From: a virus
IMG/VR virus record: IMGVR_UViG_3300027741_000024
Coordinates: 64,001-128,000 of that record
Length of the DNA stretch: 64,000 bases
Strand: one strand, 5' to 3'
Shown here: one piece after another, positions 1 to 9,500 of the stretch
Numbering within the stretch: position 1 is the first letter of the stretch
Layout: each line of letters begins with the position of its first letter
The notes under the pieces: model-generated
Databases searched by the model: none
The model's input: only the letters and a program-made list of their open reading frames with translations
What the model was told of the DNA's origin: nothing
Made by a program: the position numbers and the translations under genes

Positions 1-738
1 GATAGAACACTAAAAACGCAAGGTGGTATGATTAACCACACAGGTATAGGTTCATCAATTGTACCAACACAACCACTAGGTTACAATTATGTTGGTGGTA
101 AACTTCTATCTTTATTGTGTCTTTCAGATGAAGTTCAACGTTTATGGAAAGAACAATACGGCGACATTATGGTTGGCGTTACAACTACATCATTATATGG
201 AAACACTAAGGTGGGTGGATTATCTCAATATGATGGGTTAGATTATTGGAATAAAATGGGATTCACCGCAGGTTCTGTATCATATGAACCTGAGAGGGAA
301 ACAATTTATTTAATTCGTGATTGGTTAAAAACCAAACACACACGTAAATACTTTGAATGGTATATTGCAACGAAATCAACTGGTCAACCATACAAACGTG
401 ACCACAAAAATCGTTCATTACAATTTGTTTATGCACAGATGAAAATTCCAAAAGAATTGATTCGTTCAGATCATGCTAGAGGTATTTACTTTAGTGAACT
501 GTACACAAACACAAATGAATTTTTACGTGGAGAAATTAAAGAAGATAGGTTGGTCAAAAAATTTGATTCAAGTTATGAAAATCTTGTAAAGATTTGGAAA
601 GAGAAACATGCACGTGGTCGTATCGGTTTTTTAAAGAAAAAAGATAAAGTATCCAAAGACATTTTGTTCCTTGATGATTTGATTTATATGAATTGGCAAG
701 AAACGAAGGATAAGTACCTATCCCAGATCGGACGTTAA
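1..738 (+). CDS. DUF4338/DruA-like protein, 5' part outside window
   Basis: Frame is open from base 1. Motifs GYNYVGGKLL and TTTSLYG..SQYDG are shared with 21866-22981. Confidence 0.65.
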   Translation, partial: DRTLKTQGGMINHTGIGSSIVPTQPLGYNYVGGKLLSLLCLSDEVQRLWKEQYGDIMVGVTTTSLYGNTKVGGLSQYDGLDYWNKMGFTAGSVSYEPERETIYLIRDWLKTKHTRKYFEWYIATKSTGQPYKRDHKNRSLQFVYAQMKIPKELIRSDHARGIYFSELYTNTNEFLRGEIKEDRLVKKFDSSYENLVKIWKEKHARGRIGFLKKKDKVSKDILFLDDLIYMNWQETKDKYLSQIGR

Positions 739-752
739 TAATCTGACAATAC

Positions 753-781
753 TTGACAATCTCCTATTTTTATGCGATAAT
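753..781 (+). promoter_or_regulatory. sigma70-type early promoter
   Basis: TTGACA-N17-GATAAT. Confidence 0.75.
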
Positions 782-809
782 CCGTATATTGATTGATTAG
801 GAGAAGAAG

Positions 810-977
810 ATGTCAAGTTTGCAACAGTTTGCAGAATTGCAAGAGTTAGAATACTACGCCGCAGTTTCCGATATCAAAAATGCAATAGAACGATTCGGTA
901 TAGATATAATTGCCGAGGCATTAGAGGATATCGGGTTGACAGATATCCAAACCTCTGATATACTGGTTGTTCACTGA
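810..977 (+). CDS. small hypothetical protein (55 aa, not on ORF track)
   Basis: AGGAG RBS, ATG at 810, MSSLQQFAELQELEYY..., TGA at 975-977, directly behind the promoter. Confidence 0.65.
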   Translation: MSSLQQFAELQELEYYAAVSDIKNAIERFGIDIIAEALEDIGLTDIQTSDILVVH

Positions 978-992
978 TAACGGGATTGTCAA

Positions 993-3281
993 ATGAGTAA
1001 CATTCAAAATCAAAAGTCTGGTCTGGCCAAACTACTGGCGACCGAGAATCTAACAATACAACATCAAAAAATTCCTACCGCAGCATTTGATCCTAAAAAT
1101 CGTGTACTATACTGTCCTATCTGGGAAGATATGTCAGGCGACCTGTATGACCTATTGATGGGTCATGAAGTTGGTCACGCCTTAGATACTCCTTCTGATG
1201 GCTGGCATGATGCAGTACATTCTATGGGTAAGAACTATAAAGGGTTCTTAAACGTGGTTGAGGATGCACGAATTGAGAAGCGTCAGAAACGCCGGTATCC
1301 AGGTCTACGTTCATCATTCATCAAAGGTTATAATGAACTGATGAAGCGCAACTTTTTTGGTATTCAAGACCGTGACATTAATACAATGTCATTTATTGAC
1401 CGATTGAATATTTTCACCAAGTCTGGTTACACTCATGAAATTCAATTCACCAAAGATGAATTGGTGATGATTGAAAAAGTTAAAGAATGTGAAACATGGG
1501 ATGATGTTCTTCGTGTTACCGGTGAGATTTGGAACTATTCTAAAAAAGAACAGAAAGAAATTTTATTATCTGAAGAATACGATTATAGTTTTGAAAAGTC
1601 TGATCAAGGTGATGATTTTGAAACAGGTGACGGTGATGGTGATACCGAAACTGACGGTGAAGGTGATGATGAAGGTAAGTCCAAAGGCGACCTTGATGAA
1701 GATGGTGAAGAGGCTGAAGGTGAAGGCCAAGAACAAAATGATAATGACGGTGAATATGATGATGAAAATGATGAAATGTCCGATATCATCAACCGTAATA
1801 AAGAATCCACTGGCACTGATGAGCACTTTGAACCAACATGCGAAACTGATGATAACTTCCGTAAAAATGAATCATCATTAATTGCAGCTAAGGCACGTGA
1901 GTATGTGTATGTAAATATTCCTACACCTAATCTAGATCGTATCGTTACACCTGCCAAACGTGTTCAAGAATTGTTGACCGAAGCATTTGTTGGCCAATAT
2001 AGCACCGTATCGTATAGTAATATGGCAAATGAATTGTACACCGAGTTCCGTAAAAAGAATGAACGTTATATTTCTTTATTAGCAAAAGAATTTGAAATGC
2101 GTAAGGCGGCATCTAAGTTTGCAAAAGCAAAAGTGTCAGAGACTGGTGACATTGACGTAAATAAAATTTACAAGTACCAGATTGACGATAGTATTTTCAA
2201 AAAGATTATGCGTGTTCCTAAAGGCAAATCGCATGGCATGATGTTGTTGTTGGATAAGTCTGGTTCAATGGCAGGTAACCTTGCGGCATCATACGAACAG
2301 ATTCTTATCCTTGCAATGTTCTGCCGTAAAGTAAATATTCCTTTTACAGCATACGGTTTTGGCAATCACCGTGGTCTACGTGATATGGATTATCCAAATG
2401 AACGAAATAGTGACTTTGATGAAAAAGGTAACTATGTAAAAGGTGACAGTTCAGGTTGCTTTACTGAAAATGAGGGTGAAATTCATTGTTCAGAAGTTTA
2501 TCTTCGTGAAATGATTAATTCTAAAATGAGCAACGCAGAATTTTCAAAATCAGTAAAGAACATTCTTTGTTTGATGGACGGATGGGCACACCGCTACGGT
2601 GCACCAGGTAAGTTCCTTCGTCCACAGTGTGATGCATTATCAAACACACCATTGTCAGAAGCATTGATTGCTATGCAACCAATTATCAAAGAGTTTCGCC
2701 GTATTAATAACCTTGACATTGTGAATACTACAATTGTCCATGATGGTGATGCCGATTCTATAATCTGGGCTCATGCTTCTAATGGTGACAAAAAAACTTA
2801 TTTTTCAACTACCAGTCAAAACGTTTTTCTGGTAGATAAGAAAAATAAAGTGCAAGTGAATTTGAAAGTAAGTGATGATGATGTTCGTGAAGGTATATGT
2901 GAATGGCTTCAGAAAACAACCGGTACCAAGATTGTTGGTTTCTATTTGACACCAATCTCTAATGCTAAGGCAGCATTGAAACGCCGTTTGTTTAATGATG
3001 AGTTGGATGCGGTTCGTGGTGTGTATCATCAAACAATTGAAGTGATTACAAAACACGTAAAGAAATTGAAAAAAGAAAAGTACCTTGAATCAAAAAATGT
3101 AGGTTATGATTCTTTCTATATTCTACCTGCTGGTAATGATCTGTCAATTGATGATGAATCGTTTGAGGTATCAGGTAAGGCAACAACAACAAATCTTACC
3201 AAGGCATTTATGAAATTCAACAAAGCACGACAAATCAACCGAGTATTAGTTTCAAGATTTATAACACAGATAGCAGTTTGA
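993..3281 (+). CDS. CobT-like protein: N-terminal HExxH metallopeptidase-like domain, acidic linker, C-terminal VWA domain
   Basis: HEVGH, NVVEDARIE, D/E-rich linker, MIDAS motif LLDKSGSM; adjacent to an AAA ATPase. Confidence 0.85.
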   Translation: MSNIQNQKSGLAKLLATENLTIQHQKIPTAAFDPKNRVLYCPIWEDMSGDLYDLLMGHEVGHALDTPSDGWHDAVHSMGKNYKGFLNVVEDARIEKRQKRRYPGLRSSFIKGYNELMKRNFFGIQDRDINTMSFIDRLNIFTKSGYTHEIQFTKDELVMIEKVKECETWDDVLRVTGEIWNYSKKEQKEILLSEEYDYSFEKSDQGDDFETGDGDGDTETDGEGDDEGKSKGDLDEDGEEAEGEGQEQNDNDGEYDDENDEMSDIINRNKESTGTDEHFEPTCETDDNFRKNESSLIAAKAREYVYVNIPTPNLDRIVTPAKRVQELLTEAFVGQYSTVSYSNMANELYTEFRKKNERYISLLAKEFEMRKAASKFAKAKVSETGDIDVNKIYKYQIDDSIFKKIMRVPKGKSHGMMLLLDKSGSMAGNLAASYEQILILAMFCRKVNIPFTAYGFGNHRGLRDMDYPNERNSDFDEKGNYVKGDSSGCFTENEGEIHCSEVYLREMINSKMSNAEFSKSVKNILCLMDGWAHRYGAPGKFLRPQCDALSNTPLSEALIAMQPIIKEFRRINNLDIVNTTIVHDGDADSIIWAHASNGDKKTYFSTTSQNVFLVDKKNKVQVNLKVSDDDVREGICEWLQKTTGTKIVGFYLTPISNAKAALKRRLFNDELDAVRGVYHQTIEVITKHVKKLKKEKYLESKNVGYDSFYILPAGNDLSIDDESFEVSGKATTTNLTKAFMKFNKARQINRVLVSRFITQIAV

Positions 3282-3295
3282 TAACAAACCACCAC

Positions 3296-3324
3296 TTGAC
3301 AAAGTGGTGGTTATTCTTTATAAT
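3296..3324 (+). promoter_or_regulatory. sigma70 promoter embedded in an inverted repeat
   Basis: TTGACA-N17-TATAAT; palindrome AACCACCACTT-GACA-AAGTGGTGGTT. Confidence 0.8.
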
Positions 3325-3356
3325 GGTAGTTCCTATTGTGAGATGGAGTTTATATT

Positions 3357-4538
3357 ATGACAAGTCGTTCTGATAAGCGTCAAGCATTTCTTGATGCATT
3401 AATTGCAACTGGCAAAGATGTTGTCAGTTTAACAGATATTAAAACAATTGCAAGTGATGCGGGTCTTGCAATACCCTACTGGTTCACCAATGATGAACAA
3501 AACAAGGTTAAACGTGGTCTATACCGTGTACCGGTGCAGTCTCCAACGCCTGTTCCAGCAGCAATCAATATGGTTGCTCAAGTAATACCAATGGCAGCAC
3601 CCCAAGCGCCTTCTGGTAATCGTATTGCAAATGTGATAACAGACCTTGAGACTAAGGACTTGGTACCTTTCAAATATGACAACTATGTTCCTTTTGGTAA
3701 CTTTGAGGATGTGTTGTCAATTATACAATCAAAACAGTTCTTTCCCGTATTCATTACTGGTCCCTCCGGCAACGGTAAGACTATGAGTATTGAGCAGGCT
3801 TGTGCCAAGGCAAAACGTAAATTCGTTTGCGTATCAATGACACCTGATACCGATGAAGGCGACCTACTTGGTAACTATGTTCTGATTAACGGTCAGATGG
3901 AATGGCGTGATGGTCCCGTTACACTTGCTGCCCGTCAAGGTGCCGTATTGTGTATTGACGAAATTGATTACGGTTCTAACAACCTGTCCTGTTTGCAGCG
4001 TGTATTTGAAGGCAAACCATTCTTACTAAAGAAAAAGAATGAGTTAATTTCTCCTGCTGCCGGTTTTACTGTATTCGCTACTGCTAACACCAAAGGTAAA
4101 GGTTCAGAAGATGGTCGCTACATGTTCACCAACGTTTTGAATGAAGCGTTCCTTGAGCGTTTCCCAAATACGTTTGAACAGGAATGGGCACCAGTATCAG
4201 TTGAGAAAAAGATTGTTGCCAAAGAATTAGAATCTGTTGGTAAAGAAGATAAAGATTTTGCCGACAAACTGGTAACATGGGCAACCGTAATTCGTAGCAC
4301 CTTTGATGAAGGTGGTTGTGATGAGGTTATTTCAACCCGCCGTCTGGTACATATCGTAAAGACCTACGGTATTTTTGGTGACAAACTGAAAGCAATTCAG
4401 TTCTGCTTGAATCGTTTTGATACTGATACCAAGGTTACTTTCCTTGATCTGTATACCAAGATTGATTCTGGTGTGGATCCAACAGCACCTGTATCAGCAC
4501 CAGAAGTAACAGACCCATCAGTAGAAGTTCCATTTTAA
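3357..4538 (+). CDS. MoxR/CobS-like AAA+ ATPase
   Basis: Walker A GPSGNGKT, Walker B LCIDEID, ATANTKG, NEAFLERF, STRRL. Confidence 0.9.
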   Translation: MTSRSDKRQAFLDALIATGKDVVSLTDIKTIASDAGLAIPYWFTNDEQNKVKRGLYRVPVQSPTPVPAAINMVAQVIPMAAPQAPSGNRIANVITDLETKDLVPFKYDNYVPFGNFEDVLSIIQSKQFFPVFITGPSGNGKTMSIEQACAKAKRKFVCVSMTPDTDEGDLLGNYVLINGQMEWRDGPVTLAARQGAVLCIDEIDYGSNNLSCLQRVFEGKPFLLKKKNELISPAAGFTVFATANTKGKGSEDGRYMFTNVLNEAFLERFPNTFEQEWAPVSVEKKIVAKELESVGKEDKDFADKLVTWATVIRSTFDEGGCDEVISTRRLVHIVKTYGIFGDKLKAIQFCLNRFDTDTKVTFLDLYTKIDSGVDPTAPVSAPEVTDPSVEVPF

Positions 4539-4540
4539 AC

Positions 4541-4569
4541 TTGACAGAGGCTTAGACCTCTGTCATAAT
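4541..4569 (+). promoter_or_regulatory. sigma70 promoter embedded in an inverted repeat
   Basis: TTGACA-N17-CATAAT; TGACAGAGG-cttaga-CCTCTGTCA. Confidence 0.75.
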
Positions 4570-4630
4570 GTAATCTGTTCTTATGATATGAGAACAATTT
4601 TTAAAACCCTTGTTATATAAGGAAAATATT

Positions 4631-6001
4631 ATGAAAGTCAACAAAGTAACTCTTGGTATTGATCGCCAATATCCCTTGATAAGTGACAAAATTGCGGCCT
4701 TCCGCAACAAAACTGTCCTAGACAAATCTTTCAATCGTAGTGCTTGTTGGGACAAAAACCAAGAATCACGTTATATTACTTCATTGATTACTGGTCAAGC
4801 ACCATCTAAAATCATTGTTGCTAATATTGATGAATGCTTAAAACAAGCTCTTGAAGATACCCTTGACCATGAATATTTTAGCAATTTCTCTCAAATGGGA
4901 TATGACAAAATTGCTATTGATGGTAACAATCGTACACAAACAATTTTCAAATACCTGAATGGAGAAGTTGTCATTCAAAATGGACAATATGATTTACCAG
5001 ATTTACCTGTTGTAATTAATAACAACAATAACACATTCAAAACACATCCTAAGGCATTAAAAGATCACATTCGTAATAATGTAACTGTTACAATTTGTGA
5101 ATATGTTATTGCTACAAGAGAAGATTTATCTCGTTTGTTTATTAATATTAATGATGGTTACACACTAAACGATCAAGAAATTCGTAATGCAATTCTTGTT
5201 CCTTTTGCTGAATATGTCCGTCAAATGTCTGAGAAACATGCAAACGCATTCAAATATATTTTTCGTAATGGTAATTTTCGTTTGAAACGTGATGAACAAA
5301 TGGTCAACTTATCAGTATGCTCTACTTATGGTCCTGCTCATGGCATTTCCAAAAAAGACAAATTCGAGGCATATGAAGATAACTCCACCGTTTGGACACA
5401 TATTCTAAAAAAAGGTGGACAGAAAAATATTTCTGATGCACTTACGTTGATTGAAAAGTATGCTGACAAAGGATTCAAAGATACCTCAACTTTGACCAAC
5501 TTTTTTATGTTAATATGTCATATCAACAAAGAGAAAATTAAAATCTTAGATGAGAAAGCATTCTTCAAATGGTTTATGGCAACAGAAAACAAACGTGTTG
5601 CTAATGTTGACCGCAAAATTGTTACCTTGCAAAATGGTACTGAACTAAACTATAATGCAACAGGTTCTGCGGCTTCATCAATCTTTTTACCTGCTCGTTT
5701 TGAAATCATCTTAGAAGATTTTGCAAAGATTCCAAAAGGTATCGTTACTGATGTTGATCCTGAGAGATTGTTTACACCAGTGCAGAGATATCAAGCGTGG
5801 GTAAACCAAGGTGGTATTTGCCCACGTACAGGTAAAAGTATTTCGGAAGATGAAATCAATAACCACAATTTGTGGGCAGCTGATCACGTGATACCTTATT
5901 CAAAAGGTGGTAAAACTAACTTAGATAATTTAGAATTGGTTTGCCGCAAATACAACGAGTCTAAGGGCAATAGACCTGCAAAGAAATTAATTGCCGCATA
6001 A
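4631..6001 (+). CDS. DUF262 (ParB/GmrS-like) domain fused to a C-terminal HNH nuclease
   Basis: IAIDGNNR (DGQQR-like), LFININDGYTLNDQEIRNA, C-terminal DHVIPYSKGGKTNLDNLELVCRKYN; ATG 4631 follows an AAGGA RBS. Confidence 0.75.
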   Translation: MKVNKVTLGIDRQYPLISDKIAAFRNKTVLDKSFNRSACWDKNQESRYITSLITGQAPSKIIVANIDECLKQALEDTLDHEYFSNFSQMGYDKIAIDGNNRTQTIFKYLNGEVVIQNGQYDLPDLPVVINNNNNTFKTHPKALKDHIRNNVTVTICEYVIATREDLSRLFININDGYTLNDQEIRNAILVPFAEYVRQMSEKHANAFKYIFRNGNFRLKRDEQMVNLSVCSTYGPAHGISKKDKFEAYEDNSTVWTHILKKGGQKNISDALTLIEKYADKGFKDTSTLTNFFMLICHINKEKIKILDEKAFFKWFMATENKRVANVDRKIVTLQNGTELNYNATGSAASSIFLPARFEIILEDFAKIPKGIVTDVDPERLFTPVQRYQAWVNQGGICPRTGKSISEDEINNHNLWAADHVIPYSKGGKTNLDNLELVCRKYNESKGNRPAKKLIAA

Positions 6002-6005
6002 ACAC

Positions 6006-6034
6006 TTGACACTTCTGCAAGGGAGTGTTATACT
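6006..6034 (+). promoter_or_regulatory. sigma70 promoter overlapping a GCAA-loop hairpin
   Basis: TTGACA-N17-TATACT; ACACTTCT-GCAA-GGGAGTGT. Confidence 0.75.
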
Positions 6035-6050
6035 TATATCTTATTATGAA

Positions 6051-6094
6051 ATTGCGGAGAAAGACTGCCTCTGTAATGTTTTTAAAATGCAGTC
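6051..6094 (+). promoter_or_regulatory. putative H-type RNA pseudoknot in 5' UTR
   Basis: S1 ATTGCGGAG/CTCTGTAAT; loop GACTGC pairs with downstream GCAGTC. Confidence 0.55.
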
Positions 6095-6114
6095 ATATTT
6101 TATGGAGTTTTTGA

Positions 6115-6390
6115 ATGAAGTCAGCTAAACAAAAAGTGCTTGCATACCTTTCTAAAGAAGATGGTTACAACACACTAACCCCGAACAAAATGCAATCGCT
6201 TTATGGCATTGCAAATCCATCTGCAACTATTAATGAGTTGCGTAATGATGGTCACGCTATCTACTTGAATAGTCGCATCAACAGCAACGGTGATAAAATT
6301 TCTTTCTATCGTTTAGGTGCACCAACTAAGCGTGTAGTTGCTGCAGGTATCGCAGCACTTCGTGCTCAAGGCGAACGAGCATTTGCCTAA
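6115..6390 (+). CDS. small winged-HTH-like nucleic-acid-binding protein
   Basis: GGAG RBS; YGIANPSATINELRNDGHAI resembles a wHTH recognition helix. Confidence 0.65.
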   Translation: MKSAKQKVLAYLSKEDGYNTLTPNKMQSLYGIANPSATINELRNDGHAIYLNSRINSNGDKISFYRLGAPTKRVVAAGIAALRAQGERAFA

Positions 6391-6408
6391 AGTAGGTTGA
6401 AACTTAGT

Positions 6409-6449
6409 AGAGTGGAGACATATATACTTTGTGTCTCTACTCTTTTTTT
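6409..6449 (+). terminator. intrinsic terminator
   Basis: AGAGTGGAGACA...TGTCTCTACTCT followed by a T run. Confidence 0.65.
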
Positions 6450-6460
6450 ATGGATAAATT

Positions 6461-7276
6461 ATGCAAATACAAGTAAATATTGAAGAATTGAGAAAGAACA
6501 AACTGTTCGTGGCAACACCGATGTATGGTGGTATGTCACATGGACTGTATGTGAAATCTTGTCTTGATCTACAAACCGTAATGATGCGTTACGGCATTGA
6601 AGTAAAATTCTCCTTCCTTTTTAACGAATCACTTATCACACGTGCCAGAAATTATTTGGTAGATGAGTTCCTTCGTACAGACTTCACACACATGTTGTTT
6701 ATCGATTCAGACATTCACTTTGATCCGAACGATATCGTAGCACTGATGGCACTTGATAAAGATGTTGTTGGTGGTCCTTACCCTAAGAAATCTATCAACT
6801 GGGGTAACATTGCAGAAACTGCACGTAAGAATCCAGACTTGAATCCCAAAGAACTTGAGAATCTAGTTGGTGAATATGTGTTTAACGTTGTTAAAGGTAC
6901 GCAACAGTTCCAAGTTTCAGAACCATTAGAAGTTATGGAAATTGGTACAGGTCATATGATGATCAAGCGTGAAGTTTTTGATAAGATGGCAATAGAATAT
7001 CCTACCATTCGTTACAAACCAGATCATGTTGGCCAAGCACACTTTGATGGCTCACGTTATATTCATGCTTACTTTGATACTGTAATTGACACCAAAGAGT
7101 CTATTGTTGGTGGTGGTTCAGAACGTTATCTATCAGAAGATTATATGTTCTGTCAAATGTGGCGTAAGATGGGTGGCCAAATCTTCTTGTGTCCTTGGAT
7201 GAAAACACAACACATTGGTACCTATGCATTCACTGGTAACATGCCAGCGGTTGCTCAGTATACTGGTAAGTTGTAA
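6461..7276 (+). CDS. GT-A fold glycosyltransferase-like protein
   Basis: ATPMYGG, ESLITRARN, DxD motif FIDSDI, LSEDYMFC. Confidence 0.7.
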   Translation: MQIQVNIEELRKNKLFVATPMYGGMSHGLYVKSCLDLQTVMMRYGIEVKFSFLFNESLITRARNYLVDEFLRTDFTHMLFIDSDIHFDPNDIVALMALDKDVVGGPYPKKSINWGNIAETARKNPDLNPKELENLVGEYVFNVVKGTQQFQVSEPLEVMEIGTGHMMIKREVFDKMAIEYPTIRYKPDHVGQAHFDGSRYIHAYFDTVIDTKESIVGGGSERYLSEDYMFCQMWRKMGGQIFLCPWMKTQHIGTYAFTGNMPAVAQYTGKL

Positions 7277-7617
7277 TGGATAAGGATGCTATCAAGGCAT
7301 CCCAAACAGCAACAACTGGTGGTCGTAAATTTGATGGTGGTAAAATTCGTTATGGTCTTTTACCACCATTAGCACTTAAAGCGACCGCAGATGTTCTGAC
7401 ATTCGGTGCTGAGAAATATGAACCAAACAATTGGAAACATGTTCCAGATTCACTTAACCGATACTTTGATGCAACACAACGACACATGTGGGCATACCAA
7501 GAAGGTGAAGCAATTGATCCTGAATCTGGTAAACATCATCTAGCACATGCAATTTGCTGCTTGATGTTTTTGTATGAACATGATATACTATATTCTGCAA
7601 GTGAAAAACAAACTTAA
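7276..7617 (+). CDS. dATP/dGTP diphosphohydrolase-like protein (DUF5664 family)
   Basis: KFDGGKIRYGLLP, FGAEKY..NNW, DPESGKHHLAHAICCLMFL. Confidence 0.8.
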   Translation: MDKDAIKASQTATTGGRKFDGGKIRYGLLPPLALKATADVLTFGAEKYEPNNWKHVPDSLNRYFDATQRHMWAYQEGEAIDPESGKHHLAHAICCLMFLYEHDILYSASEKQT

Positions 7618-7631
7618 TTATGGAGTAACTG

Positions 7632-8312
7632 ATGAAATTATCAAACAACACATTGGGTGTATTGAAGAACTTCGCTTCAATCAACCAAGGTATGCTTTTC
7701 AAAAAAGGTAAGACTATTCGTACAGTCTCACCTCACAAAAATGTTATGGCAGAAGCAACAATCTCTGAAGAAATTCCAACAGAGTTTGGCGTCTATGACT
7801 TGAACAACTTTCTTTCTATTCTAACTCTTCACAAAGAAGAACCAACAATTGACTTTGAAGATAACAGTGTTCTTATCTCTGGTCTAAAAGGTCGTAGTAA
7901 AATCAAGTATCGCTTCTGTGCTGCGAATATGATTGTTACACCACCAGAAAAACCATTGGCAATGCCTGACCCAGAAATTTCTTTTGAACTTTCAGCAGAA
8001 GATTTTGATTGGATCATGAGAACTGCAAATGTATTATCATCACCTCAAATTGCTGTTGAGTCTGACGGAGAAAAGATATTCATTACAACATTTGATTCTA
8101 CAAATGATGCTGCACACACAGAATCATTAGAGATCAGTAAAGGTAATGGAAACAAATATCGTATGATATTTAAAACAGAAAATCTGAAATTAATTTCTGG
8201 TGGTTATATGGTTAAAATATCTTCCAAGAATGTTTCTCATTTTAAACATGCAACATCCGATGTTCAGTATTGGATTGCAAATGAAACTGGTTCAACTTTC
8301 ACAAAGGCTTAA
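7632..8312 (+). CDS. 45: sliding clamp gp45
   Basis: MKLSNNTLGVLKNFASINQG, FGVYDLNNFLS, YWIA; synteny with 44/62/regA. Confidence 0.92.
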   Translation: MKLSNNTLGVLKNFASINQGMLFKKGKTIRTVSPHKNVMAEATISEEIPTEFGVYDLNNFLSILTLHKEEPTIDFEDNSVLISGLKGRSKIKYRFCAANMIVTPPEKPLAMPDPEISFELSAEDFDWIMRTANVLSSPQIAVESDGEKIFITTFDSTNDAAHTESLEISKGNGNKYRMIFKTENLKLISGGYMVKISSKNVSHFKHATSDVQYWIANETGSTFTKA

Positions 8313-8314
8313 TC

Positions 8315-8530
8315 ATGGCAATGAAAATGTTTACAAATGCATCACCATCTTTTGATGGTGAATCCATTGCTATCAATTCGGATATTGTGGCATCAGTATT
8401 TGAATTGATTCAACCCGATGCAGATGCTAAACTACAAATGCGTACAGTTATTTTTGGTGTCAATGGTACTGATTGGCACGTGAAAGAACCATACCTTGAA
8501 GTAGTTGCAACATTGAACCAAAAAGACTGA
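8315..8530 (+). CDS. hypothetical protein
   Basis: Fills the gap between genes 45 and 44. Confidence 0.6.
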   Translation: MAMKMFTNASPSFDGESIAINSDIVASVFELIQPDADAKLQMRTVIFGVNGTDWHVKEPYLEVVATLNQKD

Positions 8531-8567
8531 TTGTTATTTTATATTATGATTTATGTGAAAGGTTTTC

Positions 8568-9500
8568 ATGGAACATCTTCTATGGACAGAACGTTACAGA
8601 CCTCAGACAGTGGAAGATTGTATTCTGCCAGAACGATTGAAAGTACCATTTCAGGAGTACGTCAATCAAAAGCAGATACCAAATCTTCTACTGACTGGTG
8701 GAGCGGGTGTAGGCAAGACCACGATAGCCAAGGCGATGTGCAACGAAATCGGTTGCGATTACATGGTGATCAATGGTTCTGATGAATCAGGTATTGATGT
8801 ATTCCGTAACAAGATAAAAAACTATGCATCATCAATGTCATTGGCTGGTGGCCGTAAGGTCATCATCATTGATGAAGCAGACTATCTAAATCCAAACTCA
8901 ACACAACCAGCACTTCGTAATGCGATTGAAGAGTTTGCAGGCAACTGTTCATTCATATTCACTTGTAACTTCAAAAACCGTATCATTGATCCACTACATT
9001 CACGATGTGCAGTGATTGATTTTGGTATGAAGAATGGTGAGAAACAAAAGATGGCAGGATCATTCTTTAAGCGTATTCAATCCATACTTGAATCTGAAAA
9101 AGTTGAATATGATGCGAAAGTAATTGCTGAACTTGTTAAGAAATATTTTCCAGATTTTCGTCGTGTCATTAATGAACTACAACGATACTCTCAACTTGGT
9201 AAGATTGATGTAGGTATTCTTGCACAGATTGGTGATATATCCATTACACAGATTGTAAAGTTTATGAAAGACAAAGACTTTACTGCTGTTCGTAAATGGG
9301 TTGCAACAACTGAAATTGATCCTGCAACTTTCTATCGTAAATTATATGATAGTCTATACGATATACTAAAACCTGCCAGTATTCCTGGTGTCGTTATAGT
9401 TCTTGCAGACTATCAATATAAACAGGCATTCGTTGCTGACCAAGAAATCAATTTGGTTGCTTGTTTGACCGAAATTATGGCAAATGGTGAATTTGTATGA
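8568..9500 (+). CDS. 44: clamp loader large subunit gp44
   Basis: WTERYRPQ, GGAGVGKT, IIIDEAD, LHSRC, FPDFRR. Confidence 0.95.
   Translation: MEHLLWTERYRPQTVEDCILPERLKVPFQEYVNQKQIPNLLLTGGAGVGKTTIAKAMCNEIGCDYMVINGSDESGIDVFRNKIKNYASSMSLAGGRKVIIIDEADYLNPNSTQPALRNAIEEFAGNCSFIFTCNFKNRIIDPLHSRCAVIDFGMKNGEKQKMAGSFFKRIQSILESEKVEYDAKVIAELVKKYFPDFRRVINELQRYSQLGKIDVGILAQIGDISITQIVKFMKDKDFTAVRKWVATTEIDPATFYRKLYDSLYDILKPASIPGVVIVLADYQYKQAFVADQEINLVACLTEIMANGEFV

Noticed and set aside
1471-1957. Alternative-frame and antisense ORFs (1471-1881, 1566-1826, 1604-1957)
   Set aside because: Shadows of the low-complexity GAT/GAA/GGT acidic linker of the VWA protein; no RBS.
993-4538. Cobalamin biosynthesis (cobS/cobT) interpretation
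   Set aside because: The pair is a generic MoxR AAA + VWA module common in T4-like phages; no cobN or other cob genes are present.
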